From contig OZ024745.1 of NCBI GenBank assembly GCA_964016885.1, forward strand, positions 124,372,001-124,436,000: a stretch of DNA of 64,000 bases. The letters run 5' to 3'. Position numbers and translations under genes: made by a program. Positions 24,614-37,345 of this stretch are shown here, in pieces (the first letter of the stretch is position 1; the number at the start of each line of letters is the position of its first letter). The notes under the pieces are model-generated. The model ran no database searches and was not told the DNA's origin. It saw only the letters and a list, made by a program, of their open reading frames with translations. This stretch comes from Eledone cirrhosa (lineage: Eukaryota).

Positions 24614-25811
24614 CTAATAATGGTGGAAAGAATTTAAAAAAAATAGATTTTCTTCGGACCAATGAAAGGAAAGTGCTTTCCAAGGATAGAAATCAACAAT
24701 GCAGTCATGCTCATCACAGATTTAATGAAAAGAGACACGATCATCATTGTCACTTGACCTTCTGTCTTTTTTAAAAGTGATATCAACTCCTTGATTTTTG
24801 TACTGCTTAAAGCTGTCTTGTTTGTGCCGATTCACTAAATTTTCACTAAACAATTAAATTCAAAATATTTATTATCAATGAAAACTATGATGATAAAATT
24901 TCAAAAGAAAACAATATGAGTTATGAATAATCATGGAAATAATGAACACTTTAAATTCCATGTAATATATATTTGAATTATATTGTGCTGCTTTAAGAAA
25001 GGAAAGGAAATGAAATTGAGAAGGGAAACAAAGAAAAACAGAATGATAGATCACTTGATGGAATAATAGTAAAGGTCTTTATTGAGTTCATGATTGTTTG
25101 ACAAAATTATCGATCCATAATCTAACATTTGCCAGCAGAATGAGAATACTAATTGATATTATCAATTTTATAAGATAGACACTTTCACATGAAGAAATTG
25201 AGAATGTCATGCTCATGATAAATTTGTATTTCATCCAAGTATAGCAGGAAGATTAAATGACATTCTATTATATAACTAGTCTGATAAATGTGGGTTAATT
25301 TTCTTTTAATACACTGATATTACTTTAAAAGTCAGATTTCTAATTTAGCATCAATATTAAACCATCTTAAGATTGGTTCCTCTTTTAAATGGGTTAACTG
25401 TTCAGGCATCAGATGAAAATTGAAGATGGGGAATGGTTGAATATCTTTCTGCATCATGGCCAAACATGATGCAGAATATTCCTTCAAATGAATTCTGATC
25501 AGAAAGATGCAAAAATCAATAATCACTATTATACAGCCTGGATTTTCTTTAGATTGACATAATGCCTATAAGATGGCTATCTATTGAACTCTATCTTTTG
25601 ACAGCTATAGAGTATTTTGCAATATTTTGCAGTATTTCCAACATGTTGACATAATTTTGATAGAATAGATGTATAAAATAGATTTAGAATGCTTTATCAT
25701 GATTTTAATTGTAGGTGTTTTCAAACAAAATCCAAAATAAACAGTTATAAAAAATTTGCATATGACAACTGTTGAATATTAACTATTTTCTTAATGTTGA
25801 AAAAGAGATTT

Positions 25812-26412
25812 CATTATCATCATCATCATCATCATAATTTTATGTCCGCTTTTCCTTGCTTGCAAGGGTGGGACGGGTCTTATTCAGCACAGCATCTCTC
25901 CACTTGTCACGATCCTTCGTCATCTCCACCGTGAGCTTCAGCGATCTGAGGTCTGTTCTCACTACCTCCGCCCATGTTTTTCGTGGTCTACCTCTACCAC
26001 ATATTCATTCAACTTGCAGTTCTTGGCACTTCTTCAACCATCAGTCATCCTCCATGCGCATCACATATCCATACCATTGCAGTCTCCTCTCCCGCACACT
26101 ACATTCTATCCCTCTCAGACACAGTTTCTCTCTCAACACATCCATACTGGGTTGATCACGCACATTGACACTGGACATCCAACGGAGCATGCTTGCCTCA
26201 TTTCTCTCCAACCATTGCATATCCTCTGCAGTTGCTGCCCATGTCTCACTACCATGCAGCATTGCGCTCCTCACACAGGCATCATATAACTGGCCTTTCG
26301 TACACAGGGAGAAACCCTTCTTTGTCAGCAGAGGAAGCAGCTCCCTAAACTTCTTCCAACCCGTCCTTATTCTAGATACGATGGCCTCGGACCCCCTCCC
26401 CCCTCCCTCCCA
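25812..26412 (-). mobile_element. RTE LINE 3' fragment, second family
   Basis: SRIRTGWKKFRELLPLL..LHGSETW..WYGYVMRMEDD; (GAT)n tail. Confidence 0.9.
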
Positions 26413-27747
26413 CACTAATCTGATTTGTTAAAATAATTCAAAAACAGGTTTTAATTCTATAGATTTTAATAGACCAATCTAGATTAGAATATGTAAAACT
26501 GGGAAAATCTATTTCAGTTGCTGTTCAAATTGAATTGTTGTTGAATAAACAATGAAGCTAGAAGCATAATATAGCTAAGACGAGAATATGAGGCTGCCAC
26601 ATTTCTTCAAATTTGACAGTTTGAGCTAGAAAAATGAGACATAGTGAAGAAAATAGGCAAAGAATGACTAGTGCATAAAGTGGGTTTGAGTGAAGAGAGT
26701 ATTTATCTAAAAATTTGAGAACAATATTTATTTATGTAACAGTAGATGAGACAAAATAAGAATATTTTGTTTGACTGTAAGTCAGACGTTAATAAGCTTT
26801 TAGAAATTACACACTTTGAAGTTAAAATTATCAAATTTTCTTTGATTTATGAGATGTAAAGAAGGAAATACACCGTGGAAAATTTCAACAAAAATGGTGG
26901 GTAGAACAAATATTTTAGCCTGGAAGTGGTTATGTTATAAACGAGAAGTAACTCTAACTTAATTTAAAATAGAAATATAAAACATAACTCTGTGCAGGCA
27001 GCTCTAATTTAGTATTGAATCTTTAAAGGATCTATTAATAAATTGAATCAAATGATAAATAATCACAATAATTTAGTTGATGTTTGAAGTTAAGATGTTG
27101 AACAGAAAGCAATCAGAGACAGACATAAACACACACATGAATGCACACATACATACATACACACACACATATGTACATATATATATATATGTGTATATAT
27201 ATATATTTTTTGAGTATATGTTGGTTGTTTACCAACACCTCAGTATGCATATTGGAGCACTCGATGAAGTACGCAGGTTGGTTTGTTTACTCCGGAGTAA
27301 TGTAAAATTTTACATATTTGACTTGCTTATTTTATTTTATATATATATATATGTATGTATATACTGTATATATATATATATATTTACATATATATATATA
27401 TATATGTATATTTATACATATATGTATATATATATATATATACATATATGTTTATATATATATATATATATATGAAAATATAGTAACCAAATTGCAGAGG
27501 ACTATAATAATAGTTAAAACTATAAAGAATGGTTGAATAACATTCGGTAAAGAAGTAGTCCTGGAGATGGAAAGAGGACAGATGTCTACTGCATATGTCT
27601 CTATCTATTGTTTTTCAATTACCAGGGGTATTTTATTCAGCCATTTTTATGATTATCAAAAGTTATTATAGATATTTGTATTATAATTTAAAATTATGCA
27701 ACGTTTCATGAATCAATAACACGCACACACTCACACACACACACGCA

Positions 27748-28054
27748 CATCATCATCATCATCATTTTACGTCCGCTTTTCCCTGCTTGCAAGGGTGGGA
27801 TGAGAACTGATTCTGGCTTGATTTCTACAGCTGGATGCCTTCCTAACACCAACCTCATTTACAGTGAGTGCTGGGTGTTTTTTTTTGCCGTGGCATCTCC
27901 ACGACCACTTTCTACAGCATCTCATTTCTACAGCTGAGTAAATTGGAGCAATGTGAAATGAAGTGTCTTGCTCAAGGAAACAACACATCTGTGAATTGAA
28001 CTCACAACCTTTCCATTGCAAGGTCAATGCTCTAACCACTAAGCCATGTGCCTC
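27748..28054 (-). mobile_element. SINE family B
   Basis: tRNA head, CORE-like body, RTE tail. Confidence 0.85.
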
Positions 28055-28319
28055 TATATATATATGTATAAATAAATGAATATATATATATTCTTTTTTG
28101 GGGCGGGGATAATAGGTGTTTATATACAGACCTTTTATAAAATTCTTTCAGAAGGGTTGATACATAGCCTTTTGTTTTGCTTATTATGATAAATTACTCT
28201 ATTTTGAGCTGTGTTTAACCTCTCCACCTATGGTTTTAACTTTTTATATTGTTTTTGTGAAAAACCAGTTTCGGCTAGTTACCTCTTCGAAGAGGCAACT
28301 AGCCAGAACCACCTAAGTG

Positions 28320-28406
28320 GAAACAACACATCACCTGGCCTGAGAATTGAACTCACAACCTTTCGATTGCCAGGCCAATGCTCTAACCACTAAGCCATGT
28401 GCCTCC
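28320..28406 (-). mobile_element. SINE family B, 5' portion only
   Basis: tRNA head match. Confidence 0.8.
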
Positions 28407-28880
28407 ATATATATATATATTCATTTATAAAGTTATATCTGTATATACACAGATTTCACAATGCTTCATAAGGCAATCATATATATATATACATAAGAAA
28501 CACAGACGCAAACATATTTATGTTGTCATCTTCTCGTTAATTTTCCTAAGTTTATTATTATTAATCTGAGACTAACTTGTTCTCTCTTCTCACAATAATT
28601 TTAACGGTTTCTTACTTTTTTCCTTACTTTTTCATGTTTTCTTTCTTTTGTTTTGTTTCAGTCTCAGGAAATTTTAGTTGCTATAAAAAGTACAATACCT
28701 TCTCCTCGTCGTTTACATAACATTCTATGTGAAAATGTTATAGCTTAATTGCTTACTCCACGAACAGCACTTTGGCTTGTGTGTCAGGTTTCCCCTTCAA
28801 AAAAATTTCCTTTTCTTTCCTTTTGCCTTCTTTTCATTCCTTGTCTTTTCTTTGTTAATTTTCCTACTAGGTCTGTTTAT

Positions 28881-28914
<34 letters not shown>

Positions 28915-28985
28915 GGTAAGTTATTCCAGGTTGAATCGGAGGTAACTACAGTAAGTAAGGTACTCAATACATAGCTGAGTATAAA

Positions 28986-29101
28986 AGTTTTAATATAGAT
29001 GAGTTGCTACAGGACTAGAACTGTTTCATTCTTTAGAAATCATCCTGATGATTTCTAAAGAATGAAACAGTTCTAGTCCTGTTGAATCTCATCTATATTA
29101 A

Positions 29102-29105
<4 letters not shown>
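28986..29105. repeat. palindrome of about 120 bp made of two inverted hammerhead-bearing segments (family H2)
   Basis: Arms mirror around 29045-29046; right arm CTGATGA-TTTCTAAAGAAT-GAAACAG..CTGT; homologous to 41881-41945. Confidence 0.85.
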
Positions 29106-29168
<63 letters not shown>

Positions 29169-29179
29169 TATATATATGT

Positions 29180-29350
29180 AGTTATGTAAAAGGTAAACAG
29201 AAATAACAACACAATCGGTACAGTATATGGAAGGAATATATTAGGTTAACGCTTGAAATAGCAGGAAGAGGGTCTTAACGCTCAGAAGAAAGAATGAGAA
29301 ATTAGAAAGATTGAAGGGATGGGCGGGGTGGAATTGGAAAAAAATGTTTT
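29180..29350 (-). mobile_element. family H1 repeat with the hammerhead core deleted
   Basis: Colinear with 7392-7575 but lacks about 20 bp spanning stem II and the core near 29281. Confidence 0.8.
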
Positions 29351-30088
29351 TATATAGTGAGAGAGAGAGTCTGTGGTGTGGGAGACTACTAATCATGGAA
29401 GTACTCAATGCATGGGGAGATGCAAAGTGGGTATAGAAATAGGTAAAATCCGGAGTGTAGCACCAATTTGTTTCGCCTTGCCTCTTCAGTGAGCCTTTTC
29501 GAGGGTGTAGTACTGTTAGCAGGATGTGTAAAAATAGGTCGTTAGTCTTGGTAGTGCTGGGGTCAAATTTATCATTGTGGTAAACTGGGCTGATGGTGAA
29601 AGTGGGGATGGGGTGTGGGCAGAAAATAGTAAGTGTATCTAGACAGGTTAAGGAGTCAGGATTAGTAATGTGGTTAGTGGTAGGGGTGTTTACTGGGTAG
29701 GATTAGAGTAGGAGGAGGATGGGTTTAATGGTTATAGGAATAGAAGTTGGAGGGCATGAGGGGTAAGACTATGTATAGACAGGACTTAGAAGCTGAAGGA
29801 TTGACCGAACGCACACACTTACTCCAGGAACCCATCTGTGGACATCCCAGGTACACATCCCATTCTCCCACTACTCATATAGTATATCTACCTACTACCT
29901 ACCATGTACCATCAACCACTACTCACCTCGTAAGTTTCCTGTTTACATCCTATACTTCCCAGGTCTATGTGAGCGGATAATTTTACCACATCCTCTCTCC
30001 TAGTTCTTATATGGGTGTATCAATGTAGCACATCCATTTGTGTGTACATGTGTATAATACATGTATATATATATAGTTAATGTGTTGA

Positions 30089-30168
30089 GCACTACTGAAG
30101 ATCGACTCCAACCGTGACTAACCCCACTGAAAAGTTTCGTGAAATAGTCTTTTAAGACTATATAGTGC
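30089..30168 (+). ncRNA. type I hammerhead ribozyme motif with extended stem II
   Basis: GCACTA-CTGAAGA-T-CGA..TCG-T-GAA-ATAGTCT[TTTA]AGACTAT-A-TAGTGC; perfect 6-bp stem I and 7-bp stem III. Confidence 0.8.
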
Positions 30169-30435
30169 ATTTGTAGTTTTCCCCAAATTGAAGGTTAAGT
30201 ATTTCTTCTTGATTTTATTTTGAGTTAAGATTGTACTGCTTTTTCCCCAACTTACACAAAGTCTGAGGATAAAGTTTCTCTTCTTGATTTGTTTTAAATT
30301 AAGATTATATTACTTTGCCCTCATCTTACATTAAAATGTTGTTCATCTTGATGGTATAGTCACTTATATGTCTGAATTATTGTTGGCATATTGCTTGCAT
30401 TAATTTCTCTATTTTCATTTATATATATAGATATA

Positions 30436-30780
30436 CAATGTACCCCTGGCATTCACAGTCCTAGAATGCATGGCCCCAGCATTTGCAATCCTGGTTATTC
30501 ACAGAATCTTCCTTAGAATCTAACTAATGATTATTCGGGGAATTTATGGAATCGTAAATATCTCCTGCAAATTTTTTATGGCTTTTTCGTGGCAATATAT
30601 ATTTTTTCATGCTTTTCAATGCTAAATAATTAATAACAATATACTGTATTTGCTGCCTATATTTTATGTTATGTTTTGAGTTTTATAGGCATTTTTATGG
30701 ACACGTCCAATATTTGCAGTTTTTCACTCTTTGCAGGTGCTCTAGGAGTGTAAACCCTATGAATACCGGGGGGACAACTG
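30436..30780. mobile_element. pogo/Tigger-like (Tc1/mariner superfamily) MITE
   Basis: TA flanks; imperfect TIRs CAATGTACCCCTGGCATTCA / TGAATACCGGGGGGACAACTG. Confidence 0.65.
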
Positions 30781-30784
30781 TATA

Positions 30785-31025
30785 TCATCATCATCATCGT
30801 TTAACATCTATCTTCCACGCTAGCATGGGTTAGACGGGTTTGTCTGATTTAGAGACAAGTTGGGTCGGGTGACCATGTCTTGCTCATATAGGACTATTTC
30901 TGGCTGGTTTTCTATGGCTGGATGCCCTTCATAGTGCCAACCACATTAACAGTGTGTGCTGGGTGCTTTTTGCAGTGTCTTTTACATGACCACTTTACAG
31001 TAGAAGTTTTGTGGAACTAACATAA
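30785..31025 (-). mobile_element. RTE 3' UTR fragment
   Basis: Matches 2667-2960; related short copies at 7240-7390 and 55030-55398. Confidence 0.8.
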
Positions 31026-31269
31026 CATACACACACATATATACATATATATGTCTTTATATACACACATACTCATATGGTGTATATACATATATCGAAT
31101 GTAGAAAGGCAACACAAAAATCATTTTCCTACACACACACACACAAACTCATGCTTACGCACATGCTCAAGTATAGCTCTTTTTACAAAACGTTTTTTTT
31201 TCCATTTCAGGTAGACGCACGCCAGCACCAATAGTTTTGCAAGAGATGTCAACATGAATGGACCTGTAT

Positions 31270-31450
31270 TATTTTTATCTAAAAACATTTTTTCCAATTC
31301 CATCCCGCCCGTCCCCTCAATCTATTGTATTTCTCATTCTTTCTTCTGATGAAGGACTAGCGTCCGAAACATGATGACTCTCTTCCTGCTATATATCCCT
31401 TCCATATACTGTACCAATTGTGTTGTTATTTCTGTTTACCTTTTACATAC
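31270..31450 (+). mobile_element. family H1 repeat; hammerhead at 31342-31377 with mutated cleavage site
   Basis: TCTT-CTGATGA-A-GGAC[TAGC]GTCC-GAAAC-ATG; ends at a TA-rich tract. Confidence 0.78.
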
Positions 31451-31713
31451 ATATATATATATTTATATGTATATATGTATATACACATGGTCTCTATATA
31501 CATATTTGTGTGCATATACACATATCATCATCACCATGTTTTTTATTTTTATTTTTAAAAGTAAAATGTTCAAATATTGTCAGCAAAGATGACCTTGGTG
31601 GGATTTGAACACAGGGCATAACCTTATACTCCAAGAGGGGCATAACGCTATGCTGCAAAGCATGGTGGCTGACCTATACAGCCAATCCGCCACCCTTAAT
31701 AATAATAATAGTG

Positions 31714-31755
<42 letters not shown>

Positions 31756-31756
31756 C

Positions 31757-32433
31757 TTTCTTTATTAACCACAAGGGTTTACACAAAGTAGACATTAAGG
31801 ACAGTACAGGACAATACAGGACGGTACAAATGAGCATTTCTGTTTGTAAAAAACAAAAAAAACAGAGGATGTAACAAATAAAGAACAATGAAAAATTCCC
31901 TAATAGAGGGGAGACTTTCGAGGGTCATCGTGGAGAAAGCCCATTAAAAAAAAGCCACGGTGAGCCTGACCACCAGGGCAAGTACTCTCTCCCAGTTTTC
32001 CACCTTCAATTTACAGGCATATACTCAGAGTAGGTCCATTCACTCGAGCCATTCTTGCCTCTCTCACCCATCTTTCAACAAAATGCTGGGAAGAGAGCAA
32101 CTCCCTCTCTACCCTGATTTTCCTTTTCAAATGAAATTTGAAAAAGTTAATCAGGGCATCACTGAAGAGGTAAGTGCTCATCTTCAGCCCTTTCAGATGC
32201 GTCCACCATACTATCTCTTTTGCCATGGCCACCAGACAGATAAAAACTGTCTGCCCTTCCCGGCTAAAGGAAGAGGGTGGAGCAATCCTCACGATGGACT
32301 CAGTTGATAGCCGGATCCATTCTACACGCGACAGCAGGTGTTCGACATAAACCCACAAGTCAGCAATGCTCGGACACTGGACGAGTGCATGCAGGACGGT
32401 TTCGTCACCCTGCGTGCATCTCGGACATGCCCG
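31757..32433 (-). mobile_element. L1/Tx1-clade LINE 3' end
   Basis: CPRCTQGDETVLHALVQC zinc knuckle and ORF2 C-terminus; 3' end AATAAAGAAA. Confidence 0.8.
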
Positions 32434-32438
32434 AATGG

Positions 32439-32678
32439 TTTCTTTATTAGCCCCACAGAGTTTACATTAAGAAGACAATAAGGAGAGTACAGGATGATAC
32501 AGAGTGGGTGTTTTGAGGGAGAGAAAGGTTTGTAAAGAAGACTTAAAAATAAACATTTAAAAAAATCAAAACATAACAATTTCCCCAAAAGTGGAATACC
32601 TCTGAAGGTCACTCATGGAGAAAGCACACAAAAAGCCATGGTAACCTTGACTTCTAAAGCAATTGCCGTCTCTCAGCT
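32439..32678 (-). mobile_element. second, diverged L1/Tx1 3' UTR
   Basis: Colinear with 31757-32000 (TTTCTTTATTA..GGAGAAAGC..AAAGCCA.GGT). Confidence 0.7.
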
Positions 32679-32724
32679 AAGTTAACTAATAGAGAATGTC
32701 TCAGATATATGACAACATATTTAA

Positions 32725-32929
32725 CCCTTTAGCATTTACATTATATTTTCATGGTAAAGATTTTACCTCCTATAATTATCTCACATAATATCAAATTTAT
32801 GAGATTTTGATATTATTTATTTTGTGAACAATACCTTAACACCAGTATGAGTGGTTGGTTACAGCCTGTTTGAACAGAAAGAGGTGAAAGAATTCTAGCC
32901 GGTTATGGTTGGTTTAAATGCTAAAGAGG
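32725..32929. mobile_element. piggyBac-type MITE
   Basis: TTAA-CCCTTTAGCATTTA...TAAATGCTAAAGAGG; same family as 54021-54241. Confidence 0.7.
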
Positions 32930-33201
32930 TAATGATAAATATAAGGATTTCATCATAGGAATATTCCCAGGCCTTTTTAAGTCAGGATGTAATAGATTGA
33001 ATTGATCCTGTATATTTCTGGTGTCTTCTGATTTTGGTTTTTAAAGATCAAAATCAAAGTTGACAATGATTTGAACTCACAATCTAATAGGACATCACTA
33101 AAACGTGAAGGACATTTTCTCCTTCATTTTATCAATTCAACTGATGATCAATCATCCTCACAATTGTAGATATGAGGTAAACACTAAAATCATAGAATAT
33201 T

Positions 33202-33593
33202 GGAGGCACATGGCTTAGTGGTTAGAGCATTGGCCTTGCAATCGAAAGGTTGTGAGTTCAATTCTCAGACCGGGTGATGTGTTGTTTCCTTGAGCAAGAC
33301 ACTTTATTTCACATTGCTCCAGTTTACTCAGCTGTAGAAATGAGATGATAGGGACTGGGGTCCCTATCATTCCACTGCAAAGTGGTCGTGGAGGTGCCAC
33401 GGCAAAAAAATGCACCCAGCCCACACTGTAAAGTGGACGTGTAGGCGCCATGGAAAAAAGCACCCAGCACTCACTGTAAATGAGGTTGGTGTTAGGAAGA
33501 GCATCCAGCTGTAGAAATCAAGCCAGAATCAGTTCCTGTCCCACCCTTGCAAGCAGGGAAAAGCGGACGTAAAAATGATGATGATAATGATGA
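33202..33593 (+). mobile_element. SINE family B, full length
   Basis: tRNA head, CORE-like motif, RTE tail with (TGA)n; ATTGGA on both sides. Confidence 0.9.
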
Positions 33594-34009
33594 TTGGATA
33601 CTGATTTATATTTCTTCATTACAAGTATTGTTTTATATTTGTGTTCTACTTGCATCAGTGTACATATAAATATCGATATTTTGTTTACTTTCTATATATG
33701 AAGCGAACACAGATAACTGAATTGAGATAATATTTGATAAGCAAACAATTACTCATTTATATGGAAAAAAATTAACCTGCATAAGTTTCCTATTAGAATG
33801 AAGAATAACCTGACTTCTGATTAATAATATTGGAGCCATAGTTATCAAACATTGTGGATTGGGAAATATATTTATCTATTCATGTAAATGATAATAATCT
33901 AGCAGTGAAATATGTAAATATCCAATAAACATTTATAATGACCTGTGATCAATATATTATTTTTGTGTAGTTAGTGTAGCAGCATTCTCCACAATAGCAA
34001 TGTTTAGTA

Positions 34010-34747
34010 CAGAGTTCGGCAACCTTTTGGGGTGTGCAGGCCACATTGCTATGCAGTGTTTTGTTGGCGGGCCACATAGCAATGCAGTGACTCGTCAGCG
34101 GGCCATGATATCAAAGAAGTAATGAGAACATAATAAAAAATGAATACAATAATATGATAAAATACTATGACATGTTTAATAAACTGTGACAAAACCATGA
34201 TACATGGTGTATTGAGATCATGGTTGCCATTTGTTCAATGAAAAAAATTACTTCTAAAAATACTGAACACTTTTAACATAGAAAAATAAATAAATATTGA
34301 TTATTATTGAATACAGGTGCTTACAGATGTTTACTTCCAGAAAGCAAACTGAAATGGAAAATTTTGAGGATGAAATGAAATAACTGTTTGCCAGACACAC
34401 TAACATTTTTAGGTAAGTCTGGGTTATTCCACATCCTGCCATACACATACTATCTATGCATATATATACACAAATACATAAATGCATACACACACAGTTG
34501 TGTTGTCCTTCATGTCTGACTATTCAATCTGTCTGAGTTTGATTGTTTGTTACTATCACGCAAAAAATTACGTTCAGCTAAGTGAGTCTTGTGGCTTGAT
34601 GTGTTCTGTATTCGGTATTCTAATCTAAAATAATTCAGAGCACTTTTTCAGGAATCACTTAGGCTAAGATTGAAACCTGTTGGTGGGCCAGACAAAAGTC
34701 CTTCGAGGGCCGGATGTAACCCATGAGTCGGAGGTTGCTGACCCCTG
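34010..34747. mobile_element. hAT (Charlie-like) non-autonomous element
   Basis: TIRs CAGAGTTCGGCAACC / GGTTGCTGACCCCTG; perfect 8-bp TSD GTTTAGTA. Confidence 0.85.
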
Positions 34748-35700
34748 GTTTAGTATCTAGGATCATTATAACCAATATGTGTTATAATAATCAACAAAGA
34801 ATATTTCTATATGCTAAAACTTCTTTAAAACAACAACAAATTATAGGATTAACTCTGACTATTAATATAGTTAGAGTGAAGTAAGTTCTCTATAAATTTT
34901 AACAAATAGCAAGATAAAGGTGTTTATTCAACTTTAAGATAATAAGTGTGAAAATAACAGAGTATATAGCATTCATTTAAAATACAATAAATATTTTATC
35001 TTTTCATTTGAAGTAATTTAATTACTACTTTTTCAAAAACAGTATTATTCATTTATATCTGCCTCTTTCTTTCTGGTATATATCATTTCTTTCAAGATTT
35101 CTATAAAAAATAATGAACTTTGACACTTAAAAAACATTAAGAGTAAAGGTTTTTACATGGACATGACAATCAAATAATGTTTATATATTCTTTTAAGAAT
35201 TAAGTTAACAACAGACACAATGAAACAAAAGAAATGAAATCTTCATTGTTGCCAAATTGTCTAAATTGTTCTGTTGAAAATTCAAGGCGAAATGTCTCAA
35301 TTTATGTGTTATTGATGTTCAATAGATATAGACAAAAACTACTTTATTTATTCAATAATATTCAATAGTGTCTTTTTCTTTAATATTCATTTCTTTTCTT
35401 TTATTAAAAGCTTTTATATAAAACTTCTGTATGCTGGCAGGAATCAAATAATTTAACGAATTTTGGAATTCGTATGACAGGATTTAAAAAAGAAAATTAA
35501 AAACTTTGATTTGTAAAAGGAAAAAGAATTGGAGCTATGACATTTAAGATTATACTAAGGGCATTAACACTTTGTGAAACAAATCCAACTGGGAATCAAA
35601 ATAGTGACAGTATAGATATATGATATGTTAATGAATTTGTTTCTCTAATAGAATTTATTGAAAATAACACTAGGAAGTGTTCTGAATTTTAAATATACAA

Positions 35701-36021
35701 TGGCCTTGCAATCGAAAGATTGTGAGGTCAATTCTCAGACTCGGTGATGTGTTGTTTCCTTGAGCAAGACACTTTATTTCACATTGCTCCAGTTTACTCA
35801 GCTGTAGAAATGAGATGAAAGGGACTGGGGTCCCTATCATTCCACTGCAAAGTGGTCATGGAGGTGCCACGCAAAAAAGCACCCAGCCCACACTGTAAAT
35901 GAGGTTGGTGTTAGGAAGGGCATCCAGCTGTAGAAATCAAGCCAGAATCAGTGCCCATCCCACCCTTGCAAGCAGGGAAAAAGCGGACGTAAAATGAAAT
36001 GATGATGATGATGATGATGAT
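35701..36021 (+). mobile_element. SINE family B, slightly 5'-truncated
   Basis: Near-identical to 33230-33590. Confidence 0.88.
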
Positions 36022-36366
36022 GTGTGTGTGTCTGTGTGTGTGTGTTTGTAATGTGTATGTGGTTGTGTGTGCATCTGGGATTTTTCTTTTATAACTGTTT
36101 ACTGAGATGCAAGTAAAATTATAGGAAGTAAAAAACAACCCTGTTATCTCTTGAAGAAATAATATTTACAATTTTTTAAAAATGAATTTATGCAAGTTCA
36201 CCATGTTTCTCAGTTATAAAATTTGTCATCAACTTAATTTCTTATATCCCAGATAATGCCTGGTATCTTTGTAGTTTACAGTATGTAATATTTGAAGGTT
36301 TTTCACTAGGAAGTTGATTTAAACTGGTGAAGTGTTGTTTACTAACAATGAAATAAATATTAACTA

Positions 36367-36685
36367 TCTTCTTCTTCTTCTTCTTCTTCTTCTTCTACCC
36401 CTCCTCCTCATCTCCCCCCTCCTCTTCCTCCTCCTCCTCCTCCTTCTTCTTCTTCTTCTTCTTCTTCTTCTTCTTCTTCTTCTTCTTCTTCTCCATCCAC
36501 TTATTCCTTGGGAGGGCCGTAGGGGCGAGTCCTCAATCATGCTTTCCAGTGGGTCCTGCCAGAAGTAACCATCTCCAATTGATCCAACTTGATCCCTAAG
36601 TGGGACCAGTCAAGCTTATGGATGTTATCCAACCACCTTGCTTGGGGATCTACTCTTAGGTCTCCAGCCAGTTGGTTTTGCCTGT
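36367..36685 (-). mobile_element. RTE (Expander-like) 3' end with expanded (GAA/GGA)n tail
   Basis: RWLDNIHKLDWSHLGIKLDQLEMV matches the frame at 20440-20690; purine triplet tail at 36367-36491. Confidence 0.65.
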
Positions 36686-36754
36686 TAGATATTAGATATG
36701 CCAAACAAAATTGAATATGTAGAGATGATAGAAAGTGATTTTGTATAATGTTTT

Positions 36755-37345
36755 GCCACCAATACATTTACACTAAATCTCCTCATTTTCTTTATCTTTA
36801 TGGAACAGTTGAGCTCAAACAGTATTATGGAAAAGATAGAAATGCCCCAAAAGAGGAGAGTTAGATGCTGGAAATTACAATCTAATGATGTCACCAGTAA
36901 AACCTGGAAAGCATTTGTTTCCAGCAATTCATATGAAACTAGATTCAGTGAATAAATTGTTAATGTAATCGATAAGGCAAATGTCTCTTCAAAATATTTA
37001 ATATATTTAATATATTTAGAAAATGTTCTGCTCTGGATCAAGATAAATTAAAGGTAGTTATCTTTGATGGGTCTAAGATAAGAACATTAATGAATGATAT
37101 GTTGATATGAGTTTACCTGAAACTGTTGAGAAAAATACCTGATCAGAATTCACAAAAATGAAAAAGCTTTTGGGCAACAGGAAATAAGAAAATTATGACG
37201 ACCTGGTGAATAAGATATGTTTTCGTCCATTCTCTGCCAAGTGGTAATGAAGTGTAAGATTTCCCCAAGACTTAGCAAATATGCAATGAAGATATCAAGG
37301 ATGATGGAATACATATATGACTATCTTGTTGCCTAAAAAAAGGAA
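36755..37345 (+). pseudogene. decayed CMC/Chapaev3-like transposase
   Basis: Broken frames read YTKSPHFL, FPAIHMKL, KLKVVIFDGSKIRTLMND and LLGNRK*ENYDDLVNK, colinear with recalled Chapaev3 motifs (YTKFPCFLC, PPLHIKLG, GIFDGPQIR, FLGN). Confidence 0.7.

Noticed and set aside
27210-27320. Cluster of short palindromes between TA tracts
   Set aside because: No complete ribozyme core or other recognisable motif; may be a pseudo-LTR relic but is unsupported
29461-29495. Minus-strand CTGAAGA-GGCAAGGC-GAAAC hammerhead-like core
   Set aside because: Stem II is only 2 bp, with no valid NUH triplet or stem I; at most a decayed relic
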